Source: an uncultured Spirochaetaceae bacterium (GTDB taxonomy: Bacteria; Spirochaetota; Spirochaetia; DSM-27196; SLST01). Taken from it: a stretch of 64,000 nucleotides of DNA. This document shows positions 1 through 7,987 of the stretch, piece by piece. The first letter of the stretch is position 1, and every line of letters begins with the position of its first letter. The position numbers and the translations under genes are program-made. The stretch covers positions 23,903 to 87,902 of the forward strand of contig CAZICD010000004.1 of the NCBI GenBank assembly GCA_964537725.1, given 5' to 3'. A model generated the notes under the pieces. The model made no database searches, was not told the origin of the DNA, and was given only the letters and a program-made list of their open reading frames with translations.

Positions 1-91
1 TGTCCAGACCCAGCTCGAGGATGGCCGCAGCCGCCCTCCGGCGGTGCGGCCGCAGCGTGTCGAAGAGCTCGTAGAGCTCGCCGATCGTCAT
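1..91 (-). CDS. 5' end of an unidentified gene running off the window (MTIGELYELFDTLRPHRRRAAAAILELGLD...)
   Basis: ATG at 91..89 overlaps the TGA stop of the upstream dehydrogenase gene (ATGA junction). G/C bias at third codon positions is strong. Too short to assign a family. Confidence 0.3.
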   Translation of the reverse strand, partial: MTIGELYELFDTLRPHRRRAAAAILELGLD

Positions 92-1101
92 GAGCCGACC
101 TGATTCACGACGTTCTGCGCGGACCCGGCGGCGTACGCCCGGATGTTCTCGGCCGTGGTGCGCAGAATTCGCTCGACCGCCTCTCGCGTATTGAACGCGC
201 TGTGCGGCGTGATGTAGACGTTGCGCAGCCGCAGGAGGATGTGATCCGCGAGCAGCGTTTCCATGTGGTGGTGCTCGCGAAAAGCCTGGTGGAGGAGCTC
301 GGCCTCCTCGCGGATCGTCGGCTCCTCCGGTAGCACGTCGAGCCCCACCGCGCGAACCTTCCTGCGCGCGAGCGCACCGACGAGCGCCTTCACGTCCATG
401 AGCGGACCGCGCGAGGTGTTCAGGAACACCACCCCGTCCTTCATCTTCGCGAACTCGTCCTCGCCTATGAGGTGATGCGTCTTCGCCGAGTACGGGACGT
501 GCAGCGTGATCACGTCAGCCGTCTCGAGCAGCTCGTCCATGTCGACGTAGCGGAACCCGAGCGAGCTCGCGAGATCCTCGTCGGGCTTCACGTCGAAGGC
601 GATCACGTCCATGTCGAACCCGCGCGCCATGCGGATCACGTGCTGCCCGATGCTGCCCGTCCCGATGACGCCGAACACCTTGCCGAGCAGGTCGAATCCC
701 TGCAGCCCGGTGAAGGTGAAGTCGCCCTTGCGGGTGCGATCGATCGCTTCGGTGAGGTTGTGGCTGATCGTGAGCAGCAGGCCCATGGTATGCTCGGCGA
801 CGGTGTTGTCGCCGTAGGTCGGAACGTTGGTCACGGGAACCGCGTGCGCATCGCACCACTCACCGTCAATATGGTCGTAGCCGGTCGAGCGCGTGGAGAC
901 CAGTCTGAGGTTCGGAAGCTGCTCCAGGACCTCCGCGGTCACCTTCGAGTAGATGAACACCGACACGACTTCCGCGTCGGTGTGATCCTTGACGGTCGCC
1001 GGCGTCAGCGACTCGCGTACGAAGCAGACGTCGTGGACTTCACCGAGCTCGCGGAACGCCTCCCGCTCCCACTCCTCTACCTCGAATACGCAGATCCTCA
1101 T
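88..1101 (-). CDS. D-isomer-specific 2-hydroxyacid dehydrogenase (NAD-binding; D-lactate/phosphoglycerate dehydrogenase-like)
   Basis: Rossmann motif GVIGTGSIGQHV. Family motifs include VPTYG..VAEH, LNTSRGPLMD, GLDVLPEEP and ITPHSAF (Arg/Glu/His catalytic set). The ORF extends to 1137, but MRICVFEVE at 1101 matches the usual N-terminus. Confidence 0.85.
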   Translation of the reverse strand: MRICVFEVEEWEREAFRELGEVHDVCFVRESLTPATVKDHTDAEVVSVFIYSKVTAEVLEQLPNLRLVSTRSTGYDHIDGEWCDAHAVPVTNVPTYGDNTVAEHTMGLLLTISHNLTEAIDRTRKGDFTFTGLQGFDLLGKVFGVIGTGSIGQHVIRMARGFDMDVIAFDVKPDEDLASSLGFRYVDMDELLETADVITLHVPYSAKTHHLIGEDEFAKMKDGVVFLNTSRGPLMDVKALVGALARRKVRAVGLDVLPEEPTIREEAELLHQAFREHHHMETLLADHILLRLRNVYITPHSAFNTREAVERILRTTAENIRAYAAGSAQNVVNQVGS

Positions 1102-1129
1102 GGGTTCAATATGACCGTAGGCGGTCCGT

Positions 1130-1708
1130 TCAGGCAAACTGCTTGCGGTGGAACCGCACGATCATGTGGACCTTCGCGGGCTCCTCGAACGGGTTCGCGA
1201 TGATGTGGTCGATGTCGCAGTGGTAGGTGATGAAATCGCCCGGGCCGAGATCCGCCGACTTCTCGCCGGCCTCCACGCGGATCCGGCCTTCCAGCACCGT
1301 GAGATACTCTTCGGTTCGCGGCGCGTGCGGCCCGGACGCGAGCTCGGTCTTCGGGTCGAAGCTCAGCTCGTAGAACTCGAGGTCTTCGGCCATCGACAGC
1401 GGCGAGTAGACGCGAAGGTGCGGGCCGTTCTCCGAGGTGTCGAGCGTTACGACGTCCTGCTCCCGCGTGACCGAGAACCTCCTCGCCGGCTCCCAGCTTC
1501 CCTTGAGGATCGCGTCGAGCTCGACCTCGAGACCGCGCGCGATCTTCCAGATCGTCAGGACCGTCGGGTTGACCTTGTCCGACTCGATCTGGCTGAGCAT
1601 CGCCTTGGAGACGCCGCTGCGCTCGGCGAGGCCGTCGAGGGTCAGGCCCTCTTCCTTGCGGATGCGCTGGATGTTCGATCCGATCTGGGGCGGGGGTACG
1701 GGCTTCAT
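1130..1708 (-). CDS. XRE-family HTH transcriptional regulator with C-terminal cupin domain
   Basis: N-terminal HTH_3 pattern IRKEEGLTLDGLAERSGVSKAMLSQIESDKVNPTV. The C-terminal beta-barrel cupin-like segment has H..H residues (ITYHCDIDHII). Confidence 0.85.
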   Translation of the reverse strand: MKPVPPPQIGSNIQRIRKEEGLTLDGLAERSGVSKAMLSQIESDKVNPTVLTIWKIARGLEVELDAILKGSWEPARRFSVTREQDVVTLDTSENGPHLRVYSPLSMAEDLEFYELSFDPKTELASGPHAPRTEEYLTVLEGRIRVEAGEKSADLGPGDFITYHCDIDHIIANPFEEPAKVHMIVRFHRKQFA

Positions 1709-1730
1709 CGCTCCTCCTTGCGGGCACCGG

Positions 1731-1759
1731 TTGACGCCTCGGGACGATCATCATAGTAT
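1731..1759 (+). promoter_or_regulatory. Sigma70-like promoter (TTGACG - 17 nt - TAGTAT) for the downstream epimerase/dehydrogenase gene
   Basis: -35 TTGACG at 1731..1736, a 17-nt spacer, and -10 TAGTAT at 1754..1759. It lies in the divergent intergenic region. Confidence 0.4.
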
Positions 1760-1810
1760 ACCGGCAGGTTCAGTATAGTGAACACGGCGCGCAGCGTCAA
1801 AGGAGCAGTC

Positions 1811-2764
1811 GTGGGCGAGCGTATCCTACTCACCGGTGGACTCGGGCAACTCGGTTCGGAGCTCGCGGCCGAGCTGCGCTCCCGCTACGGCGAGGACTCG
1901 GTCATCGTAACCGACCTTCGTGAACCGGAGAACCCGCCTCCCCGATTCTACCGCCTCGACGCGCGCGACGGCAAACGGCTCGCCGAGATCGTGCGCAACG
2001 AGCGCATCACGCGCATCTACCATCTCGCCGCGTTGCTCTCCGCGGTCGCGGAATCGCGCCCGCAGGACGCGTGGGAGATCAACATGGAGGGGCTGTTCGC
2101 GGTCCTCGAGGTCGCCCGCGAGGTCGAGGCGAGCGTGTTCACGCCGTCCTCGATCGGCGCGTTCGGACCGCAGACTCCGAAGGACTTCACGCCCCAGGAC
2201 ACGATCCAGCGCCCTACGTCCATGTACGGCGTCACCAAGGTCGCCGGCGAACTGCTCTGCGACTACTACTACTTCAAGTACGGCGTGGACACGAGGGGTG
2301 TCCGATTCCCGGGCATCATCTCGAACGTGACGCCCCCGGGAGGCGGCACCACCGACTACGCCGTGGAGATCTACTACGCAGCCGTGCTCGAGCGGCGCTA
2401 CACCTGCTTCCTGCAGGGAGATACGTACCTGGACATGATCTACATGCCGGACGCGATCAAGGCCGCGATCGACGTCATGGAGGCCGATCCGGCCCGTCTG
2501 CGGCACCGCAACGCCTTCAACGTGACGGCGATGAGCTTCTCGCCGGAGGACCAGGCGGCGTACATCCGCCGCTACATCCCCGACTTCGAGATCATCTATA
2601 ACGTCGACCCGGTACGCCAGGCGATCGCTAACAGCTGGCCGAACACGCTGGAGGACTACGCCGCGCGCGTCGAATGGGGATGGGAACCGGAGTACGACCT
2701 CGATCTCATGACCGCCGACATGCTGAAGACCCTGACCGAGCGCCAGGCCGCCGGGACGCTGTAG
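1811..2764 (+). CDS. NAD-dependent epimerase/dehydratase family protein, L-threonine 3-dehydrogenase-like (extended SDR)
   Basis: ILLTGGLGQLGSEL glycine-rich NAD site and the YGVTK (YxxxK) catalytic motif. Overall similarity is to UDP-glucose-4-epimerase-like threonine dehydrogenases. The GTG at 1811 is preceded by AGGAG; the track ORF starts at 1778. Confidence 0.8.
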   Translation: MGERILLTGGLGQLGSELAAELRSRYGEDSVIVTDLREPENPPPRFYRLDARDGKRLAEIVRNERITRIYHLAALLSAVAESRPQDAWEINMEGLFAVLEVAREVEASVFTPSSIGAFGPQTPKDFTPQDTIQRPTSMYGVTKVAGELLCDYYYFKYGVDTRGVRFPGIISNVTPPGGGTTDYAVEIYYAAVLERRYTCFLQGDTYLDMIYMPDAIKAAIDVMEADPARLRHRNAFNVTAMSFSPEDQAAYIRRYIPDFEIIYNVDPVRQAIANSWPNTLEDYAARVEWGWEPEYDLDLMTADMLKTLTERQAAGTL

Positions 2765-2844
2765 GCACGCCCCGGGAGGGCTCGTTCGCCGCCAACCGCG
2801 GGCGGGCTACACGCGCGCGGCGGCCACCCGTACATTAGGAGGCG

Positions 2845-3894
2845 ATGAACCTCTACGGGCTCCCGCTCGGGTCGATCCAAGAGCTCACGTCGTCCGACGG
2901 CATGCACGGCTATCGCGCGCGCCAGGTCGCCGAGTGGCTCTACCGCCACCACGCAGACTCGATCCACGAGATGAGTAACCTCCCCGCACCGCTGCGCGAA
3001 CGCTGGGCGCAGCAGCACGAGATCGCCGCGCCGGAGCCGGAAGAGGCGGGAACGAGCGACGACGGGACGCGCAAGCACACGTGGGCGGCGTTCGGGGGTG
3101 ACGTGTACGAATCGGCCCTGATCCCCGACCGCGATCGCCTCACGCTCTGCGTATCGAGCCAGGCAGGGTGCCGCGTCGGCTGCAAGTTCTGCCTCACCGC
3201 GCGCAAGGGCCTGCGACAGAACCTCTCGGCCGCGGAGATCCTCGGACAGTACCGCAACCTCCCCGACCGCGACCGCGTTACCCACTTCGTCTTCATGGGC
3301 ATGGGCGAGCCGCTGGACAACACCGACGAGGTGCTCGCGAGCCTGGAGATCCTCACGGCCGAATGGGGCTACGGCTTCAGCCCGCGGCGGATCACCGTCT
3401 CAACGGTCGGAATCCTGCCGGATCTCGAGCGCCTGCTCGACGCGACCGACGTCAACGTCGCGATCAGCATGCACGCCGCGCGACGCGAGGACCGGCTTCC
3501 GCTCGTGCCGTCGGAGAACCGGTACCCCATCGCGACGATCGTCGACCTCCTGCGCCACCGCGCCACGCTCGCGCTCCCGCCGTTCACCGGGACCGGCCGA
3601 CGCAGACTCTCGTTCGAGATCACGATGCTCGACGGCGTCACCGATCGGCCCGACCAGGCGAAGGCGGTCCGGGATCTCATCCAGGGAGTGCCGGCGCGGG
3701 TGAATCTGATCCCGTGGAACCCGTTCCCGGGAGCGCCCTACCGCCCGAGCGACCGCGCAGCGATCGAGGAGTACCAGGCGGTCCTCAAGCGCGCAGGGAT
3801 TACGACGACGATTCGCGAGTCGAGGGGACAGGATATCGGAGCGGCGTGCGGGCTGCTCGCGGGGCGCCGCGGCCAGGTGTCCACGGCGAGCTGA
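2845..3894 (+). CDS. rlmN: 23S rRNA (adenine2503-C2)/tRNA A37 methyltransferase RlmN (radical SAM)
   Basis: Radical SAM CxxxCxxC (GCRVGCKFCLT), MGMGEPLDN, NLIPWNP and C-terminal GAACGLL motifs are typical of RlmN/Cfr. AGGAGG RBS before the ATG at 2845. Confidence 0.9.
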   Translation: MNLYGLPLGSIQELTSSDGMHGYRARQVAEWLYRHHADSIHEMSNLPAPLRERWAQQHEIAAPEPEEAGTSDDGTRKHTWAAFGGDVYESALIPDRDRLTLCVSSQAGCRVGCKFCLTARKGLRQNLSAAEILGQYRNLPDRDRVTHFVFMGMGEPLDNTDEVLASLEILTAEWGYGFSPRRITVSTVGILPDLERLLDATDVNVAISMHAARREDRLPLVPSENRYPIATIVDLLRHRATLALPPFTGTGRRRLSFEITMLDGVTDRPDQAKAVRDLIQGVPARVNLIPWNPFPGAPYRPSDRAAIEEYQAVLKRAGITTTIRESRGQDIGAACGLLAGRRGQVSTAS

Positions 3895-3917
3895 GCGTCC
3901 GGCGACGCGCACCCGCG

Positions 3918-4880
3918 CTACCCGTGGACCACCGCCCGGTTCCGGCCCGCCTCCTTCGCCCGGTAGAGCGCCTGGTCGGCAGCTTCACGGATCGCCTCGA
4001 GCGAACGTCCGTGCCGCGGAAACTCGGCCACCCCCTGGCTGGTCGTGACCTTCACGATGCCCGAGGGGCCCGGCACGTCCAGCTCCTCCACGGCCGTGCG
4101 AATCGTCTCGGCGATCGCGAGCGCCTCCTCGGCGCGGCGGCCCGGGAGGATGATCGTGAACTCGTCACCCCCGTAGCGCGCGGCGATATCGCGCTCGCCA
4201 ACCGCGTCGCGGACCGACGGCGCGACGGTCGCGATCAGCTCGTCGCCGAACGCCTGACCGTACTCGTCGTTGACCTCGTGGAACCGGTCCAGGTCCATCA
4301 TGATCAGGCTGAACACGCCGTTCTTCACGCGCGCTTCGGCCACCTGCTGCTCGAGCGCGCCGTCCAGATAGCGACGGTTGTACAGCCCGGTGAGGTCGTC
4401 GGTGATCGCGCGTCGCCGTGCGCCCTCGCCCCACTGCACGAGATCGGAGAGGAACGAGCTCGTCGCGTTGAGCCGGTTCGTGGTGATCGCGACCATGCGA
4501 TACATGATCTTGATCGCGGTCCCGGGGTGCTGGTCCATGAGCGCGAAGAAGTCGGTCTTTCGGAGTCGATAGAGCCGGCCGCCGTCGACCATGACGCAGG
4601 TCGCAGACCGCGGCGCGTCTTCGAAGATCGCCATCTCGCCGAAGAAGTCGCCCGGACCGAGCTCGGCCACGTCGACCGACGAGCCGTCCTGCGTCGCCAC
4701 CCGGATCGCGACGCGTCCGTCGCTGACGATGTAGAGGTCCCTGCCCTCTTCGCCCTGGTTGAACACGGCGTCGTCGGCGCTGCACTCGGTCTCTTCGAGA
4801 TAGCCCTGCAGGATCTCGAGCTCGTCGTCCTGGAGGTCGCCGAGTATGTCGACGCGCCGCAGAAGGCCCGCAGAGATCAT
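3918..4880 (-). CDS. Diguanylate cyclase with N-terminal cyclic-nucleotide-binding domain (cNMP-GGDEF)
   Basis: CAP-family cNMP-binding signature GDFFGEMAIF..PRSAT. The GGDEF domain has an intact YGGDEF motif (4158..4175), plus DLDRFHEVNDEYG and ALYRAKEAGRNR. Confidence 0.85.
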   Translation of the reverse strand: MISAGLLRRVDILGDLQDDELEILQGYLEETECSADDAVFNQGEEGRDLYIVSDGRVAIRVATQDGSSVDVAELGPGDFFGEMAIFEDAPRSATCVMVDGGRLYRLRKTDFFALMDQHPGTAIKIMYRMVAITTNRLNATSSFLSDLVQWGEGARRRAITDDLTGLYNRRYLDGALEQQVAEARVKNGVFSLIMMDLDRFHEVNDEYGQAFGDELIATVAPSVRDAVGERDIAARYGGDEFTIILPGRRAEEALAIAETIRTAVEELDVPGPSGIVKVTTSQGVAEFPRHGRSLEAIREAADQALYRAKEAGRNRAVVHG

Positions 4881-5860
4881 GGTCGGCCTCCGTCGTCGTG
4901 CGGCGTGAGCACCCGATCGCCGCCCTCGTCGCGGGCCTGGAAGACGAGCTGGTGGGCGTGAGTCACGAGCTCTTCTCCGCTCGACCCGTGGATCGGGTAG
5001 ACGGTCAGTCCGACGCTGAAGGTGAGCGGCACCTTCCGGTCGCCGGTGACCGGGGAGAGGTCGGCCTGAGCCATTCGCTCGCGGATCTCGCGCGCCTTCG
5101 CGAGGATCGTGTCCTTCGGGGTGGACGGAAGGACGACCGCGAATTCGTTACCGCGAAACCGCACCGCGATACCCGAATCGCCGAGGATGCCCTTGAGCTG
5201 ATTCGCGAGGATGCGCAACACGTGGTCGCCCACCTCGTGGCCGAACGTGTCGTTGATGAGCTTGAAGTTGTCGGGTTTGACGATGAGTATGCCGGCCTCG
5301 CCCCTGTTGCGCGCGAGCAGACCGCCGAGCTCGTCGTCCAGGTAGCTCTTCGAGTACAGCCCGGTGAGCTTGTCGCCGAAGACCTGCTGCCGTAATTCCT
5401 GCACCCAGCTCGAGTTCTCGCTGACGAGCCGGTTCGTGGAACGGATCCGGCCGGCCACGATGACGAGGAACTGGTGGAGCATCCGCGCGAAGAGCTGCGG
5501 GTGGTCCATCATCAGCTCGTCGAACGAGGTCCCGCGGCTCGGGAAGATGAGAACCCGACTCGCTCCCTCGCTGACCGCGCTCGCCGAGCGCACGGCCTCG
5601 CTCAGGAAGTCCTGCTCGCCGAAGCTCTCGCCGGCGACGAACCGCGCGAGATCGATCTCCCGGCCGTCCTCGCCGCGCTTGACGATGCGAACCTCGCCGC
5701 GCTCGATGACGAACAGCTCGCGCTCGGCCGTGCCCGCCCGGAAGATGTACTCCCCCGGATCGAAGTCGTGGAAGCTCGCGTGCTCGGCGAGCACGCTCAT
5801 GTCCTGCTGGCTGAGCTGCGAGAAGAGGTCGACCGATGACAGAAGATCGAGTTTCTCCAT
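4877..5860 (-). CDS. cNMP-binding domain protein with degenerate GGDEF domain (RGNEF)
   Basis: cNMP-binding signature GESFGEQDF..VRSAS. The GGDEF-fold has KPDNFKLINDTFGHEVGD and FQARDEGGDR, but the active-site motif reads RGNEF (5141..5155). ATGA overlap with the downstream paralog. Confidence 0.85.
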   Translation of the reverse strand: MEKLDLLSSVDLFSQLSQQDMSVLAEHASFHDFDPGEYIFRAGTAERELFVIERGEVRIVKRGEDGREIDLARFVAGESFGEQDFLSEAVRSASAVSEGASRVLIFPSRGTSFDELMMDHPQLFARMLHQFLVIVAGRIRSTNRLVSENSSWVQELRQQVFGDKLTGLYSKSYLDDELGGLLARNRGEAGILIVKPDNFKLINDTFGHEVGDHVLRILANQLKGILGDSGIAVRFRGNEFAVVLPSTPKDTILAKAREIRERMAQADLSPVTGDRKVPLTFSVGLTVYPIHGSSGEELVTHAHQLVFQARDEGGDRVLTPHDDGGRP

Positions 5861-5945
5861 GGAACGGCCAATTATGCCCGCATTGGTCGCGCCGGTTCAA
5901 CCCGGTACCGACCCGCAAGCACGCCTGAACCCTCGGCCGGGCTGT

Positions 5946-6533
5946 TCAGCGTCGTCCGGCGAGCTCGGCGATGTCGCGGCCGATCGACCGCTGCACCGCG
6001 TAGACGGCGATGTCGAAGGCGAAGAGGAAGCCGCCCTGCACGATCAGCGACCTCCCGAAGCCCGCGAGCCTCGCAGCCTCCGGGCCTCCCCGCCGCGCCC
6101 GCTCGGTGAGGTAGAACCCGGCCGCGACGTAGCCCACATCGATCCCGGCGTTGAACAGCAGCGTGTCCTCGATCCGGTTCTGCGCCACGAGCGACTCGGT
6201 GAGATCGAGCGAGGGCGCCTCCTCGATCCGGCGTGCCGACCCGATGAGCGACGGCACGGCGAGCGCGGCGTTCACGACGTTCCAGCCGGCGTTCATCTGA
6301 TGAAAGGCGGCCCGTTCGGGATCGTCGGCGGTGAACGAGAGAATCGTTCCGGCGGTGAGGTTCACGGCGCTCCAGGAGGCGAGGACGGTCATCGCCGTGC
6401 GGGTGACCCGTTCGCGCCTGATGTTGTACGCTTCCAGCGATTCCTGCGCGGTGAGCGAGGCGCCCGCCAGCGCGAGGAGCGCGAAGACCAGGAAGCGACG
6501 GGGCGACGGAGCGCGTGCGACGGTCGTCTGCAT
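5946..6533 (-). CDS. Hypothetical membrane protein with signal peptide and about 4 TM segments
   Basis: The internal start MQTTVARAPSPRRFLVFALLALAGASLTAQE gives a plausible signal peptide, followed by hydrophobic helices. The longer track ORF (to 6872) would run antisense through the neighbouring gamma-CA-like gene. Confidence 0.55.
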   Translation of the reverse strand: MQTTVARAPSPRRFLVFALLALAGASLTAQESLEAYNIRRERVTRTAMTVLASWSAVNLTAGTILSFTADDPERAAFHQMNAGWNVVNAALAVPSLIGSARRIEEAPSLDLTESLVAQNRIEDTLLFNAGIDVGYVAAGFYLTERARRGGPEAARLAGFGRSLIVQGGFLFAFDIAVYAVQRSIGRDIAELAGRR

Positions 6534-6569
6534 ACGTCGAATGTACTGCCGGCGGAGGAGGAGCGGACA

Positions 6570-7154
6570 ATGAGAGCAACGGCACCGGGCGGAGGAACGC
6601 TCTATTCGTACGAGGAGAAGTCGCCCACGGTCGCCGCGAACGCGTTCGTCGCGACTGGTGCGGTTATCATCGGCGACGTCGAGCTCGGAGCGAACGCGAG
6701 CGTCTGGTTCAACTGTACCGTGCGCGGCGACATCCACTACATCCGGATCGGCGAGGCGACGAACATCCAGGACAACTCGGTGCTCCACGTCACGCACGAG
6801 ACCCACCCGCTCGTCGTGGGCAACCGGGTCACGTGCGGTCACGGCGTGACGCTGCACGGGTGCACCGTCCACGACGAATCGCTCATCGGCATCGGCGCGA
6901 TCGTGCTCGACGGCGCGGTCGTCGAGAGCGGTGCGATGGTCGCCGCCGGCGCGCTCGTCCCGCCGGGCATGGTCGTTCCGTCGGGGATGCTCGTCGCGGG
7001 CGTTCCGGCGAAACCGCTTCGGCCGCTGCGCGACGCCGAGCGGGAGAACCTCGCCGCCTCCGCCGAGCGGTACGTCGCCTACGCGCTATCGTACGCGCTA
7101 TCGTACGCGCTATCGTACGCGCGCGAGCACCTCTCGCCGGGCGACGAGGGGTGA
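6570..7154 (+). CDS. Gamma-class carbonic anhydrase family / hexapeptide-repeat (LbH) protein (YrdA/PaaY-like)
   Basis: Left-handed beta-helix hexapeptide repeats and the His triad context (SVWFNCTVRGD, NIQDNSVLHV, GHGVTLHGC). This is only the 3' part of track ORF 5364..7154. Confidence 0.85.
   Translation: MRATAPGGGTLYSYEEKSPTVAANAFVATGAVIIGDVELGANASVWFNCTVRGDIHYIRIGEATNIQDNSVLHVTHETHPLVVGNRVTCGHGVTLHGCTVHDESLIGIGAIVLDGAVVESGAMVAAGALVPPGMVVPSGMLVAGVPAKPLRPLRDAERENLAASAERYVAYALSYALSYALSYAREHLSPGDEG
7080..7122. repeat. 12-bp in-frame tandem repeat (tacgcgctatcg x3 plus partial) encoding (YALS)n
   Basis: Read directly: three exact copies at 7080-7091, 7092-7103 and 7104-7115, then a partial fourth. 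The translated C-terminus is AYALSYALSYALSYAREH. Confidence 0.9.
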
Positions 7155-7249
7155 CGCGGTCGCGGTCGACGACGTGGCGCGGGTTGGCCCCGGCCGCTAT
7201 ACTGGAAGCATGCTGGCCGTGGCAAACGGTCGGCGGAAAGGAGAACACG

Positions 7250-7927
7250 ATGCACGCCAGAAACCGAACGCGCCTCGCGGCGGTACTGTTCGCGGCGATC
7301 CTGCTCGCGGTCGTCGCGACCACAGCGGCGGCGATCGACCCGGCGAACCTCAACCGGATCACCTTCGTGAACAACACCGGGTACGACATCGTCTACCTCT
7401 TCTTCTCGCCCGGCGACTCCGACTACTGGGGCGCGGACATCCTGGGCACGACGAGGACGCTCGACGACGGAGAGAAGGTCGGCTTCTACATCCATTACCC
7501 CGATGCGACGAACGCCTTCGATTTCCTCGCCATCGACGAAGACGGCGACGCGTACATCATCTGGGACTACGAGATCACCGACGGCGACTCGGCGGTGATC
7601 GAGGTAACGCTCGAGGACCTGGAGGGGGGCTACGACCTCCCCGAGCTCGCCACGGTCAATTTCATCAACGAAACCGGCTACGACATCTGGTTCGTCTTCT
7701 TCTCGCCCGGGGATTCGAGGATGTGGGGTATCGACATGCTCGACGACGAGACGATACTGGAGGCCGACGAGACGCTCAGCCTCTTCGTGCCGGCGACGGA
7801 CACCGTGACCCGGTACGACTTCCACGGCGTGGACGCGGACGAAGACGCCTACGAGTTCTGGGTCGAGCTCTCGGACGCACAGTCCGAGTACACGTACGCG
7901 ATCGAGTTCTCCGACCTCGTCGACTGA
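7250..7927 (+). CDS. Secreted hypothetical protein made of two ~100-aa tandem repeat domains
   Basis: ATG at 7250 preceded by GGAAAGGAG. Signal peptide MHARNRTRLAAVLFAAILLAVVATTAAA. Two internal repeats share F(V/I)N(N/E)TGYDI..(L/V)FFSPGDS..WG.D(I/M)L ... DEDGDAY/DADEDAY. Confidence 0.7.
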   Translation: MHARNRTRLAAVLFAAILLAVVATTAAAIDPANLNRITFVNNTGYDIVYLFFSPGDSDYWGADILGTTRTLDDGEKVGFYIHYPDATNAFDFLAIDEDGDAYIIWDYEITDGDSAVIEVTLEDLEGGYDLPELATVNFINETGYDIWFVFFSPGDSRMWGIDMLDDETILEADETLSLFVPATDTVTRYDFHGVDADEDAYEFWVELSDAQSEYTYAIEFSDLVD

Positions 7928-7987
7928 GGCCGGGCGGCGGCACTTCGCGCTTTCGCTCCGGTCCGATTTCTGCTATCATCGTGCGCT

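Noticed and set aside
3168-4961. 597-aa plus-strand ORF overlapping the rlmN 3' end and running antisense through the GGDEF gene
   Set aside because: It is out of frame with rlmN and antisense to a gene with clear cNMP/GGDEF motifs. The product is Arg/Pro/Gly-rich with no domain signature.
5364-6569. 5' two-thirds of track ORF 5364..7154
   Set aside because: Only the segment from ATG 6570 matches the gamma-CA/hexapeptide family. The upstream part is antisense to the degenerate GGDEF gene and to the membrane-protein gene, and translates to low-complexity sequence.
7080-7122. Possibility that the short tandem repeats (here and at 46057, 56663, 60911) are CRISPR-like arrays
   Set aside because: The units are 12-18 bp and directly abutting, with no spacers. 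There are no cas genes in the window, and two of the repeats are in-frame inside genes.
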